28,163 nucleotides of DNA from a virus (IMGVR_UViG_3300025066_000123:1-28163), one strand, 5' to 3'. Shown: positions 6,914 through 17,174, counted from the stretch's first letter. Notes: generated from the letters alone by a model not told the origin. Numbers and translations: made by a program.

Positions 6914-9083
6914 CTTTTCTTGTAGCTTCTCGTATTGCTTCAGCTAATTCATTCTCAACGAAATTCTGGTCTATCATACCACCATTTATATTAATTGAAA
7001 TAGATGAAGAACCACCTCCACCATCATTCATTCTATTTAGATTTTCAACACCAATAGCAGATACTGCATTACGGCTCATAACAAATTCACCTCTTTCAGC
7101 TTCTATCATAGTTCCACCTTGAGAATGTCTACGACCACCAACCATACCACCTTGTTCAAATTGTTGTATTTTTGATGCTTCTAAATGTGCAGATGTAGCT
7201 GCAGCTAAACCAGTTGCCAATGTACTTGCGTAGGCTATTGGAGCAAGGATATGACCAATCATAGGAACTTCAGCAGCTGATTTCATAGCAGCACTTGCTG
7301 ATGCAAAAGCATTTACTCCTGTCGCAATTGCAGCCATCTTTGCAGCAACAACTGCATTTTTCTTATTCAACCCTATAACTTTAGACATAGCGTTGATTGC
7401 ATTAGCAGCAGCTCTAATAGCTTCTTGCCCTTTATCCTTTTCATCTTGAATTAATTGTATATTTAAATTATGTTCGTCATTCAATAATTTTATTTTAGTA
7501 GCTTGGTGTTCCTCGAATATACCCCCTACTTCCATAGTTGAAATCCGTCCGTCTAATAAAATTGCTCCAGTTTCTGCTAATTTATTCTCAAAATCTATCT
7601 GTTCTTTTAGAAGTTTTAATTCTATTTTTGTTGCACCCTCTGCTTCTGCTCTTAATAAATTATTACTTTGGCTTAAAGAAATATTTTCATCAAGATTCTT
7701 TAAATGCCATTTTTCATAATTAGCTAATTGATTTTTTAAATCTATTTCTGCTTGTAGAGCATTTGTTTTATTTATTATTTGGTTTATTAAATCTTTCTCG
7801 GAAGCTGATGCTTCATGTCCAAGATTAATAAGCATCTTTTCAGTTTCAGTTTTTGCATTTAATAAATTTAATTCTTTCTGTAATGATTCGGCTGACAATC
7901 TTTGTTCTTTCATTAATTCATCAAGAGCTTCTTGTTTAGCCTTTAAAAGTCTATTAGATTTTGACAACTCCTCATTTCCATCTATTAATATATCTGTTCC
8001 TTCATCAAATGCTCCAAAATACTCCATTAATGCACCTGCAGCTAATCCTGTTAATGCAATAACAGTTCCCCAACCTGTTTTAGCAAGTATTGCTTGGAAA
8101 GATATAGTTTCTATTTTAGCGATTCTTATAGCCCAATTATATAATTTAAATGCTATATACGCACCACTTATTGCAACACCCCATCTTTTAATCCTACCTG
8201 AATCCATATTGTCAAGCATAAATCTCAAAGCATCAACAGAAGCTAATATTACAGGAGTTAATGCTTCTCCTAATTCGATTCTTGCATTTACAAAAGATGT
8301 ATTTAATTGAGCTAATTTAGCAGAAGTTCCTAAATACTCATCACCTGCGTTGCTAACTAATTCATTAGCAGAATCCATCGCTTTATTTAAAAATGCCTGT
8401 TTTCTTTCGCTATCAGTTAAATCTCCAACATTCTTTTTTAGTGCATTAGCATAATCTACATAGGCTTTCTCAGCACTAAATACTATACCCAGATTATCAA
8501 GCATCAATTTAGATTGCCGACCTAAACCTGTAACAAGTGATTCTATACCAAAAGTAGCATCCTTACCTAATACTTGTGCTAACCTTTGTGCTGCATCAAA
8601 CATATTAGCCATCTCATCTTCAGTTTTGAAAATGCCAAGCAACATTGCATTATTTGCTTGTTTCATTAAATCAATACTTGATACTGTTCCATCTAATGCT
8701 GTATTTAATTTATCAAAAGTTTCAGCACTCATCCCTGCTGACATTCTTAGATTATTAAATCCTCTTGAAATATCTTCAAATTGAGCAGATTTATCTACTA
8801 ATCCTTTTGTGAAATCAATAGCTTGTTTTACTGCAAATCCATATAATAGCATTTTAGCACGAGCAGTTGCTAATGAAGTGCTTAAACCAAAAAATCCACC
8901 TTTTAATTTATCATTATTTCGACCTAATCGCTCAGTAGAATCACCTGCTTTTTCGGTGCTTTTCCCAGTTTTTTTTGTTTCTAACCCAAGTCGTTTGGTT
9001 TGTTTATTTAATTCTTTTATTGCTGCTATAAGGGCAGGATGCCCTACTGCTTCAAACTTTACTCTAATTTTTCCGTCTGCCAT
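6891..9083 (-). CDS. Tail tape measure protein
   Basis: 730 aa, Ala/Leu-rich helical; GLGRQSKLMLDNLGI and C-terminal FEQGGMVGG...AERGEFVM motifs typical of TMPs; follows tail chaperone. Confidence 0.9.
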   Translation of the reverse strand: MADGKIRVKFEAVGHPALIAAIKELNKQTKRLGLETKKTGKSTEKAGDSTERLGRNNDKLKGGFFGLSTSLATARAKMLLYGFAVKQAIDFTKGLVDKSAQFEDISRGFNNLRMSAGMSAETFDKLNTALDGTVSSIDLMKQANNAMLLGIFKTEDEMANMFDAAQRLAQVLGKDATFGIESLVTGLGRQSKLMLDNLGIVFSAEKAYVDYANALKKNVGDLTDSERKQAFLNKAMDSANELVSNAGDEYLGTSAKLAQLNTSFVNARIELGEALTPVILASVDALRFMLDNMDSGRIKRWGVAISGAYIAFKLYNWAIRIAKIETISFQAILAKTGWGTVIALTGLAAGALMEYFGAFDEGTDILIDGNEELSKSNRLLKAKQEALDELMKEQRLSAESLQKELNLLNAKTETEKMLINLGHEASASEKDLINQIINKTNALQAEIDLKNQLANYEKWHLKNLDENISLSQSNNLLRAEAEGATKIELKLLKEQIDFENKLAETGAILLDGRISTMEVGGIFEEHQATKIKLLNDEHNLNIQLIQDEKDKGQEAIRAAANAINAMSKVIGLNKKNAVVAAKMAAIATGVNAFASASAAMKSAAEVPMIGHILAPIAYASTLATGLAAATSAHLEASKIQQFEQGGMVGGRRHSQGGTMIEAERGEFVMSRNAVSAIGVENLNRMNDGGGGSSSISININGGMIDQNFVENELAEAIREATRKGADFGIS

Positions 9084-9507
9084 CTATCTGTGCTTTCTCT
9101 TTTTGTGCAAATGCAGATTTAAGGACGAAGTATTTTGACAACCACCTCGCAGGTTGCTCTCCATAACTTCCACTATATGCAGGTGTTCCAGTTTCATTAC
9201 AATAAATATATCTTTGTATATCCTTTTGATATTCATTTTTTATAATTAAATTATTACAACAAAAAAAGGGCAGTTGCTTTGATACACTACTTGCAATATC
9301 AAACTCTTTACCCTTATTATTCCATTCTTTTGTTTCATCTATTAATAACCCTATTACATTTTTAACATCACCCTCAGTTTCAAATACTTGCTCCCCATAA
9401 CCTGTAATCGGAGGAGTTGCCTTATATGGGAATGAATGAAATCGGCAATCTTCACAAACGGACGATAAATGAACATTTATCGCAAGTTCAACCGATTCTA
9501 CTCCCCC
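9064..9507 (-). CDS. Tail assembly chaperone, frameshift extension (lambda gpT-equivalent), reached by -1 frameshift
   Basis: Open -1 frame from GGGGGAG (9507-9501) to TAG at 9064 with no ATG: GVESVELAINVHLSSVCEDCRFHSFPYKA...PAYSGSYGEQPARWLSKYFVLKSAFAQKEKAQIDGRRKN*; absent from ORF track. Confidence 0.8.
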   Translation of the reverse strand, partial: GGVESVELAINVHLSSVCEDCRFHSFPYKATPPITGYGEQVFETEGDVKNVIGLLIDETKEWNNKGKEFDIASSVSKQLPFFCCNNLIIKNEYQKDIQRYIYCNETGTPAYSGSYGEQPARWLSKYFVLKSAFAQKEKAQIDGRRKN

Positions 9508-9758
9508 ACAGAGTTAAAAGATTTGACTAAACTAACAAGTTCAATCTTTTCAGTTTCCTTTAATGATTTAATGAATTTATCATCCGAACCCTCTACCCCT
9601 TTACGGATCCAAGCAGTATTAGATTTATTTAATCCATAAATTGAAATACCACCATCTGATTCTTGACATATATGTTGTAAGTCATTACAATTATCCATAT
9701 CATCAATAGATATTTCTTTTAAAACAACTTCCTTGCCAGATTTAAGTTTCTTTTTCAT
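9498..9758 (-). CDS. Tail assembly chaperone (lambda gpG-equivalent)
   Basis: 86 aa between tail tube and tape measure; ends GTG GGG GAG TAG at a slippery site. Confidence 0.8.
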   Translation of the reverse strand: MKKKLKSGKEVVLKEISIDDMDNCNDLQHICQESDGGISIYGLNKSNTAWIRKGVEGSDDKFIKSLKETEKIELVSLVKSFNSVGE

Positions 9759-9785
9759 TATTTCCTTGTGTTTATTTTTTTATTA

Positions 9786-10787
9786 TTATTCGCTTAAATC
9801 AACTTCTAATAGTGCATCAGTACCATCATCTATTGCTTCAATCGAAATATCAAGCATCATTATATCACCTTCTGAATATGCTACATTAGTCAATACACCA
9901 TTAGCTGTATCTACTCCAAATTTACCATTATTTGCAATAATAAATGTATTTTCTGCCATCGCTGCTGTTTGTCCATCAAATGAATTAACGAAACCTTTAG
10001 TTTCCGAGTCGTATTTAACTTGACAGTCATGAGTTACCGAACATTTTGCCCCCCTTGCTACCTGTTGATACCCTGTTGATGATATGCCTGAAAATACAGC
10101 AGGATAATCAATCGTTGTAGTAAAGCTATTTAACATTGCATCCTTATTAAAAATCTTTGTTACTGATGCAGAACCTAAAGTTGTACCTGTACCATTTTCA
10201 TATGCAGTACTACCTGCTGCTGCCGTAGAAGCTAAATCAGGAGTTTTTCCTGATTGAAGTGTAGCAGAAAATTTATATCTACCACCTTCACTACCTGCAT
10301 CTGCTGAAATCGCAAAATTAGTAACAACCATTCCAGGCATTTCTAAGCCTGTTTGATTAGAAACATCTGATGGCTGTATTACAACCGTTAATGAAGAAGC
10401 ATTATTTGTTACTGCTTCCCCATATAATTGAGCTATTATTTTATGACCACTTGCAATAGTTTGATTTGTGTCATCTGCTTCTGCTGCTCCACAAATATTA
10501 GCCAATAACAATCTATGGCCAACATCATCGTGTAAAGTGCCTGATAACCCTAACTCAATTACTCTCATTTTGTTATCTTGAAAAAAATCTTCATCCTTTA
10601 AAGTGTTCCCGACTCCACTCCTGACATCTAATGATTGAGTGACATTGAGTGATGGATATGATACTGAATCCACATCTAATTGCAACATATTGGAAGCATG
10701 TATTCCTGAAGCTCCAGCATTACTTGCATCAGATATAATGAAACATTTAAACTCTTTTGGTGAAAATGCGTGTGCTGATATTGTCAT
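9786..10787 (-). CDS. Major tail tube protein
   Basis: 333 aa, Ser/Thr/Ala/Asp-rich beta protein between tail terminator and chaperone; PGMVVTNFAIS pattern of tube proteins. Confidence 0.7.
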   Translation of the reverse strand: MTISAHAFSPKEFKCFIISDASNAGASGIHASNMLQLDVDSVSYPSLNVTQSLDVRSGVGNTLKDEDFFQDNKMRVIELGLSGTLHDDVGHRLLLANICGAAEADDTNQTIASGHKIIAQLYGEAVTNNASSLTVVIQPSDVSNQTGLEMPGMVVTNFAISADAGSEGGRYKFSATLQSGKTPDLASTAAAGSTAYENGTGTTLGSASVTKIFNKDAMLNSFTTTIDYPAVFSGISSTGYQQVARGAKCSVTHDCQVKYDSETKGFVNSFDGQTAAMAENTFIIANNGKFGVDTANGVLTNVAYSEGDIMMLDISIEAIDDGTDALLEVDLSE

Positions 10788-10969
10788 TATTTATTTCCTT
10801 TGTTTTTTTTAGAAGAAGATATTTCTACTAAACTATTGATTGAATTGGGAATAGATTTTACTTCTATCTCGCTCCCTGTGCCTAATTTATCCCAAGTTTT
10901 TTTATCTACCCCACATTCTTTCCAACAATTTGGTAGACTGGTTTTTGGTTTGATTAATTTTATTTTCAT
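10787..10969 (-). CDS. Small hypothetical virion protein (60 aa)
   Basis: AGGA RBS, coupled to tail tube gene; basic C-terminus. Confidence 0.65.
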   Translation of the reverse strand: MKIKLIKPKTSLPNCWKECGVDKKTWDKLGTGSEIEVKSIPNSINSLVEISSSKKNKGNK

Positions 10970-10978
10970 ATTATTTCC

Positions 10979-11413
10979 TTATCCTACATTTCCTAAGTGC
11001 ATACATTTATAATCAAACAACACTATGTAATTTTCAGTATCTTCTACTGCATTAAGCAATGTTGATTCTATTCTACAATTAAAAGCATTGGTTGAATCTG
11101 ATAATGTCATTGAAATATTATCTACAATTAAACTTTCAATTCTACTTACTAATCTTAATATAGCATCCAATTTAGTCCTACTTTCACTCTTATCTCCAAA
11201 ATATAGAAATAAATTAATACTAAATTCCCTTGTTTCAGATGTAGCATTATAATCCAATAAATCACTACCAACAGGGTCTAATCTTAAATATTGACTACCT
11301 GCTTTCTCATTCTCACCAATATATACAGGTAAAGTATTCCCAAATTCTGCTCTTAATAAACTTTGCAATTTATCAAGTATGTTTTTCCAATTATTTGTAA
11401 AAGATGTTGCCAT
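10979..11413 (-). CDS. Tail terminator / tail completion protein
   Basis: 144 aa upstream of tail tube; helix-strand pattern (ILDKLQSLLR...PVY...FSINLFLY) like lambda gpU/SPP1 gp17-type proteins. Confidence 0.6.
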   Translation of the reverse strand: MATSFTNNWKNILDKLQSLLRAEFGNTLPVYIGENEKAGSQYLRLDPVGSDLLDYNATSETREFSINLFLYFGDKSESRTKLDAILRLVSRIESLIVDNISMTLSDSTNAFNCRIESTLLNAVEDTENYIVLFDYKCMHLGNVG

Positions 11414-12409
11414 TTATGACCTTGTTAAACTCGCACTTTTCATACCACGAGCATCTTGTATTTCTTCACCTACTGCAAATACTTCAATTTCCCATACATC
11501 ATTCGCAGTTCCTGAAGCTGTTAAAATATTATCTTCAGTTCCTGCTGTTCCAACTGCTGATGAAGCTCCAAATCTCACTTGTAAGCCACTCGATAATGCT
11601 TGGTATGCTCCTGTTATAATTTGTTCTGTAATAACCTGAGAGCCTTTATTAATCCCCAATTTATCGTTCCCTGCAACCCATACCGAATAGGTAGCCGTAC
11701 CAATTACTCCACCTGTTATAATTTGAAGTCTAATTTTATCGTATACACTACCAGTATAATTTCCTCTTAAATCAACAGGTTTTAATGTTCCTGCCCCTGT
11801 GATTTCTCTAATAATTCCCTGTGAAGAATCTGATGTTTTTTCAAATCCAAGTTTAATAGCACCTGTATTAATTTTTTCTAATACTAATTCATATTCTTCT
11901 TTGAGTTTTAAAGCATCTTCATTTTCAGGGTCATGTGCAGAAATTAAAAAATAAGCACCAATCTGAGCAACTGTTCTAATAACAATATAATCATAAACAC
12001 CCTCGTCATTCTTCCAGACTTGTCTTGGTAGAGAATTATCAATATATGAATCGAAATATCTTGAAGCCTTTGCTAATATATCGGTTTTATGCGTTGCCCA
12101 ATCCTCGCCACTTTCCATTAATAAATCAACAGGGGATGCTGATGAATTAAAATAATAAGCAGTATCTAAATTTGGGTCATAATACCATTCCCCGTTAGCA
12201 TCAATAACACCACTATTATCTTCAGCAGAACCTAAATCTTCACCATCAGCAAATAATTGATTAATTAATCCTGTATTTCTTGCAAGATATAAATGTAGTG
12301 TACCTGTTGTCCCCCAACCATAAACAGGAGTTTTAGCATCATATTTATCAATATTAGGATAAACATCTCTAAGGTCTGAAGTACTTGCATAAGTTGGGTA
12401 ATTAGCCAT
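11414..12409 (-). CDS. Head-tail adaptor-like protein with extra domains
   Basis: 331 aa; YASTSDLR start, ILAKASRYFDSYI and YELVLEKINTGAIKL resemble Mu gp36/SPP1 gp15-type adaptors; additional C-terminal beta domain. Confidence 0.55.
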   Translation of the reverse strand: MANYPTYASTSDLRDVYPNIDKYDAKTPVYGWGTTGTLHLYLARNTGLINQLFADGEDLGSAEDNSGVIDANGEWYYDPNLDTAYYFNSSASPVDLLMESGEDWATHKTDILAKASRYFDSYIDNSLPRQVWKNDEGVYDYIVIRTVAQIGAYFLISAHDPENEDALKLKEEYELVLEKINTGAIKLGFEKTSDSSQGIIREITGAGTLKPVDLRGNYTGSVYDKIRLQIITGGVIGTATYSVWVAGNDKLGINKGSQVITEQIITGAYQALSSGLQVRFGASSAVGTAGTEDNILTASGTANDVWEIEVFAVGEEIQDARGMKSASLTRS

Positions 12410-13932
12410 TATTGTAGTCCTATAATTTCAATAGTTGTATCTACTTTAGCATTTATACTTCTTCCCGATATTGCAGTTATACAATTTCCATCATCAGTAG
12501 TAAATCTATTACCACCACTTTGAGAAGAACCATAATTAGCTGTTATTACGAAATTCGCATTGGGAGGGCAATTTTTAAGTGAAACTGCACCTGTTTCATA
12601 ATTTATAGTTCCATTACAGGCACCTATAATATTACCAAAGCCATCATCATATCCAAATACTGATGTATTTTTAACCGTTAATCCACTCTTTTTATCTGCG
12701 AAACTATCAGGAGGTAATTTAGCCGCAACAGGAGCTTCAACATCAGCAACTGCTGTAAATCTACCTACGCCCCAAATATCCGTATCACCCCCACTTGAAT
12801 CAGCTAATAATATAGCAGATGTAGATAAATGTTGTCCTGAAGTAAATCTAATATCACCTTTAACTATTGATACAGTTACTTTTTTCTCGAATAGATTACC
12901 TGCCGTATAAAAAGCTGTATTTAAAGCATCTTGAATTTTAGCAATTATTCCATTTGTTCCACCAAAAGTTACATCTGAAGAATCCGTTGTGAAAGATAAT
13001 GCAAAAGCTGAACCACCATCTGCTGTAATATTAAATTGATATGTAGTAGATACTGCTAATCCACTTTTAGTGGCTGAAGTGATATTGCTTAATCCTAATT
13101 CTTGGTATCCTGCTTTATAAAATTTAATTGCAAAACTCCCTGCGACAACACCGTTACTTTCTCTATTCCCACTACCATCTGTATTCCTTGCATATCCAAA
13201 GAAATTGGTAGCAACAAACTGTCCATTTGAATCCGTTTGTGGTGTTGAATATTTATCAAAATCTGCAAGATTGTTAAAAAATGGTAATCTAATTGCAACA
13301 TCCTCTGCGTGGGTTGCTTTAGTCGAACCATGAGTTCCTCTAATAACAGTTAATGTATTACTTGAAATTGATACCACTTCACATATTTCATCTTCCAAGC
13401 GAATTAAATCCCCTTCATAGAAATACGCTCCTTCATCTACATCAATATCTGTTTCTGCCCCACTATCTACTGCTTCATTTAGTAATTGTGGGTCACCTGA
13501 AGCAGCATTATTCAATGCTCTATATAAAGCCGTTACAGCATCATTTGAAATTTGATAAGCATCCCCTGTCGAATATCCACCTGAGTTATACATTTGCCTG
13601 ATATTCGGAAGATAAATAAAATCACCTGCTCCTATTAAATAAACCTGATAAGCTGTAGCACCTGTTGTATCTGGAGTTCCATTTGCATGAGTAAGAGAAG
13701 CAATTTTTATTTCTGCTCCTACGCTACCTGTATTTTTAATTACTAAACTTTTAGCATCTTGCAATGTTGCACTTCCTTTGCTCCCCGAAGCTGAAATAAT
13801 AATCATACCTGAAGTTGTATTATCTACTTTTTGTCTTATATTAAGAATATCTTCATAATTCCCTTGCTTAGAAGCAGAAAGCGTATCACCTCTACCTGTT
13901 GTAATATTTAAATTGGCATTAAATCTTGGCAT
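12409..13932 (-). CDS. Virion structural protein (collar/decoration-like)
   Basis: 507 aa Gly/Ser/Thr-rich; GDLIRLEDEICEVVSISSNTLTVIRG and DDGFGN..GTINYETG motifs seen in phage structural proteins. Confidence 0.55.
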   Translation of the reverse strand: MPRFNANLNITTGRGDTLSASKQGNYEDILNIRQKVDNTTSGMIIISASGSKGSATLQDAKSLVIKNTGSVGAEIKIASLTHANGTPDTTGATAYQVYLIGAGDFIYLPNIRQMYNSGGYSTGDAYQISNDAVTALYRALNNAASGDPQLLNEAVDSGAETDIDVDEGAYFYEGDLIRLEDEICEVVSISSNTLTVIRGTHGSTKATHAEDVAIRLPFFNNLADFDKYSTPQTDSNGQFVATNFFGYARNTDGSGNRESNGVVAGSFAIKFYKAGYQELGLSNITSATKSGLAVSTTYQFNITADGGSAFALSFTTDSSDVTFGGTNGIIAKIQDALNTAFYTAGNLFEKKVTVSIVKGDIRFTSGQHLSTSAILLADSSGGDTDIWGVGRFTAVADVEAPVAAKLPPDSFADKKSGLTVKNTSVFGYDDGFGNIIGACNGTINYETGAVSLKNCPPNANFVITANYGSSQSGGNRFTTDDGNCITAISGRSINAKVDTTIEIIGLQ

Positions 13933-13942
13933 AAATTTGTCC

Positions 13943-14725
13943 TTATGTTAAGTGATATTTAATTGTGACATTTAAAGAATAATCTGAATTAACCGAATCA
14001 CTCCTGAAAAAACATAATATAACTTTCCCTGATACTACTGAAGCAGAATCAATTGTCCAACTACTTAGATAAGCCTGTTCATTTCCTGCATTAGTCACAT
14101 CTGAATTATGAGCTAATAATGTTCCATTCGCTAAACAAGAAGTAGAACCTGAAGTAAAATCAAATGATTTTAGGTGCATTCTGGTCGTATCTCCTGTAGC
14201 ATTATCTGCTCCTTCAATATGAGAAATAGAATCAATTGTTATATTATCTGGAACTCTCCACATCATTGGAACTATCTGTGAAGCATACTGAGTATCAGTA
14301 TCTGCCGTTGTAAAACTATCATCTGGGTCAGTTCCTGTTCCGAAATCAACATCTGAATTAGCCATACTCCCATTGGAAAGAAAGCTAACGGCATAATGTG
14401 TATTAGCTGCATAAGCTGCTGAATCTACATTAGTTATTCCGAAATAAGCATATTGCGTATTAACTTGATTTCCTAATGCTTTAACATAATCATTAGTAGA
14501 ATCTACCTGAAATAAAATATTTCCGTCTTTGTCGTAAATTACAGAATTAGTAGTAGAATCAGTTGTTGGTTGAACTTTTAAATTATTCTTTGATAAATAA
14601 AGAGCAGAACCTGCTCCATTACCTGATTTAATTTGGTCTATATTAGTATCAAATCCAGCATTAGAATTATCAATATTTAAAATATCTTTATATGTTGTTG
14701 ATATAGTTTTATCTGTTAAACTCAT
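13943..14725 (-). CDS. Putative fibre/decoration protein
   Basis: 260 aa Ser/Thr/Asp/Asn-rich; similar architecture to neighbour 14722-15513. Confidence 0.55.
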   Translation of the reverse strand: MSLTDKTISTTYKDILNIDNSNAGFDTNIDQIKSGNGAGSALYLSKNNLKVQPTTDSTTNSVIYDKDGNILFQVDSTNDYVKALGNQVNTQYAYFGITNVDSAAYAANTHYAVSFLSNGSMANSDVDFGTGTDPDDSFTTADTDTQYASQIVPMMWRVPDNITIDSISHIEGADNATGDTTRMHLKSFDFTSGSTSCLANGTLLAHNSDVTNAGNEQAYLSSWTIDSASVVSGKVILCFFRSDSVNSDYSLNVTIKYHLT

Positions 14726-15513
14726 ACACCTTGACTTCCATCGTAAACTAAGATTGTTGTTGCATTTGTATCATTTGCATCATTAGTTGGGTCAAAACTA
14801 ATAGCTATTATATCACCTGCACTAAAAGTGTTACTTGAAGTAAAATCAAATTTATAGGCAGTATCATCTGTTGTCATATCTACCGTGACGGTCGTACTTG
14901 CAGTTGTATTAGGCAACTCTGTCCCTGTAGAGGATTTATGCAATCCTACAATAGTTGAACCACAAGCTTCTTCACTTCTTACAACTACTTGGTCTAAATA
15001 CCCATCAAAAGGTACTACAAAATGTCGCCATTCATTACCACCTGATGTACTTGAACTCTCTCCTGTAGTTGAGCCAAGAGGAATATAAACTTTTGTTCCT
15101 GCTGTATAACTATAATTAAATCCACTTGATTTTATATCTCTAATTGTATTATCTACATAAGCCTTAATTGATTGCTGAGTTGCTAAAGCTGTTGCACTAT
15201 CGTGCGACATATCATCTTCATCAAGGATGCCTGTCATTTCTGTTCCACCATTAATAGAAAACTTATCAGTATCTAAAGAATCAACATTAGTAATATCATT
15301 AGCACCAAAATCTACACTACCCGACATAGTTCCACCCGATAAAGGCAATTTAGTATCATCAGAAGCAGATACTCCTGTAGTTGTGCCTATAACTTCTAAA
15401 TTATTAACCCTAATCTTATCAGTAGATATTTCTACTGAAGTAGATGTACCATCTGAATCCTTAACAGGTTTCAAATGTTCATCAATAGGATTTTCTAATT
15501 GAAGATTTTTCAC
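14722..15513 (-). CDS. Putative fibre/decoration protein
   Basis: 263 aa; KLPLSGGTMSG and DSATALATQQSIKAYVD fibre-type motifs; C-terminal beta-sandwich (VPFDGYLDQV...TFSAGDIIAI). Confidence 0.6.
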   Translation of the reverse strand: MKNLQLENPIDEHLKPVKDSDGTSTSVEISTDKIRVNNLEVIGTTTGVSASDDTKLPLSGGTMSGSVDFGANDITNVDSLDTDKFSINGGTEMTGILDEDDMSHDSATALATQQSIKAYVDNTIRDIKSSGFNYSYTAGTKVYIPLGSTTGESSSTSGGNEWRHFVVPFDGYLDQVVVRSEEACGSTIVGLHKSSTGTELPNTTASTTVTVDMTTDDTAYKFDFTSSNTFSAGDIIAISFDPTNDANDTNATTILVYDGSQGV

Positions 15514-15791
15514 TTCTTTTGACTTTCCTTTGGTTTTGCTTCTTTAATCGCATCGCCTAATTTACTGAGTTTTGATGAAAATGCAACTCCTGTCCATCCT
15601 GCACAAACAAGAATAAGTGTATCAAATAATTCTGCATCTATATATCCAAGTTGGAATAATACAACTGCAACTGCGAATCCTCCAAAGCCAATATTTCGTT
15701 TCTTGGAATTTTCGCCAACAAATAACCCTGTTAGATTCTCAACAGTTTTATTCTTACCTGCTACTTTTGTTATTAATCCAAGTATATTCAT
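15510..15791 (-). CDS. Holin-like membrane protein (2 TM)
   Basis: 93 aa; hydrophobic IGFGGFAVAVVLFQLGYI and LFDTLILVCAGWTGVAF, charged C-terminus; in lysis cluster. Confidence 0.55.
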   Translation of the reverse strand: MNILGLITKVAGKNKTVENLTGLFVGENSKKRNIGFGGFAVAVVLFQLGYIDAELFDTLILVCAGWTGVAFSSKLSKLGDAIKEAKPKESQKK

Positions 15792-15792
15792 A

Positions 15793-16074
15793 CTATCCTT
15801 TATTTATTTTGACCAACATATTTATATTACCTTTAATTTCTTTCAATACCAATTGATTCTTTTTTGAATTATTAATTAATTCAACAATTATTGAATGAAA
15901 TATTTTATGTTCTTCCTCAAGTTGTCTAATAGCTTCCATCTCGGCATTATGCCTATCCTCTATCTGACTTAGGAGTTGCTTCTGAATAAACTCTACTGTT
16001 TTCCATAACGCAAATGTTAATACTATGACTCCTGCTACAGGAAGCCCATAAGCATCTATAATATTTAAATCCAT
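15793..16074 (-). CDS. Holin-like protein (N-terminal TM plus coiled coil, BhlA-like)
   Basis: 93 aa; YGLPVAGVIVLTFALW TM followed by coiled coil. Confidence 0.55.
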   Translation of the reverse strand: MDLNIIDAYGLPVAGVIVLTFALWKTVEFIQKQLLSQIEDRHNAEMEAIRQLEEEHKIFHSIIVELINNSKKNQLVLKEIKGNINMLVKINKG

Positions 16075-16944
16075 TCAATTGACCCAACATCTTATTTCTG
16101 TTTCACTAAATTCCATTGTAACCCAACCTGTTCTAATCATTGGAAAAAATGAATACCGAGCATACTCTGCATATTTCAAGAAAGAACCACCTCTACAATA
16201 CCATCTTCTTTTCAATCTCTCTTCATCGCCCTCAACCACCAAACTATCTATTGGCTTAGTATATAATTGATGATTATGTCCTAATAGGAATACATCCCCA
16301 TCGCTATACACTTGAGCCATTTTATCAAGCTCTAAATCTCCATTCTTGCCACCACCTTTTCCATGGCCTGTGACAAGATACCACTTCTTTCCTTTAACTT
16401 GAATCTCAGAATATCCAGGCATCTTAAAATAAGGAACACTTAAATCTCTTGCGAGTGCTTTAGATACATCGAAACCCAGTATATTCTCACTTCTTATCAT
16501 ATCGTGATTTCCACCACGAATAAATAATAGCTTATTCCTAATTTTTCTAATTCTTTCAGCAAATGTAAAATGTTGGTCATCGTTCTCCATATACTGACCT
16601 CTCTGACTAATCTTATAATTAGGAGGTATTAATTCAATATTGTCACCATTTAAAAAGAAAAATGCATCATCATCTTTTTCAATCGTATCAATAAACTTAT
16701 CAAATTTATCATAATGATGCTCATTTGCTCCGTGATGTATATCAGTCCCACAATGGATTCTAATTACATCTTTATCAGTTTTATATTTAAATACACCACC
16801 ACATTTAACATCTTTATTTATCTCAATCAAATCAGTAAGTGGAGATGTCCATTGTTTTTTACAGGCATTGCAAATAAATCTCTGTTTTTCATTCCTCTTG
16901 CCTTTTTTTTTAATAAATAAAGATTGACAATGAGGACAGGTCAT
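16075..16944 (-). CDS. Calcineurin-like metallophosphoesterase with N-terminal zinc ribbon
   Basis: All five metallophos motifs: DIH, GD, GNHD, GHG, GHNH; N-terminal CPHC...QRFICNAC Zn ribbon. Confidence 0.85.
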   Translation of the reverse strand: MTCPHCQSLFIKKKGKRNEKQRFICNACKKQWTSPLTDLIEINKDVKCGGVFKYKTDKDVIRIHCGTDIHHGANEHHYDKFDKFIDTIEKDDDAFFFLNGDNIELIPPNYKISQRGQYMENDDQHFTFAERIRKIRNKLLFIRGGNHDMIRSENILGFDVSKALARDLSVPYFKMPGYSEIQVKGKKWYLVTGHGKGGGKNGDLELDKMAQVYSDGDVFLLGHNHQLYTKPIDSLVVEGDEERLKRRWYCRGGSFLKYAEYARYSFFPMIRTGWVTMEFSETEIRCWVN

Positions 16945-17174
16945 TTATACCAACTAACTATTCCAATCATAGCACCAAAAAATGTAAAAACTAATGCCAT
17001 AATCCCATTAATCTTAGATATATTTCTTTCATTGACTTGCACCTTAACACTAAGGTCATCTAATCTTTTAATTATTCGCTCGGTATCTGATTTAATCGCT
17101 TTAATCTCCACTTCAGTAGCACTTAATGATTTAATAACTGTATCCCTAAATTTTGTATCTTCTGATGATTTCAA
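16941..17174 (-). CDS. Coiled-coil protein with C-terminal TM (XhlA/holin-accessory-like)
   Basis: 77 aa; coiled coil then GIMALVFTFFGAMIGIVSW. Confidence 0.55.
   Translation of the reverse strand: MKSSEDTKFRDTVIKSLSATEVEIKAIKSDTERIIKRLDDLSVKVQVNERNISKINGIMALVFTFFGAMIGIVSWYK

Noticed and set aside
16850-16944. IS1 InsA-like zinc ribbon suggesting an insertion sequence
   Set aside because: Fused in frame to a phosphoesterase; no transposase core, terminal inverted repeats or target duplication seen
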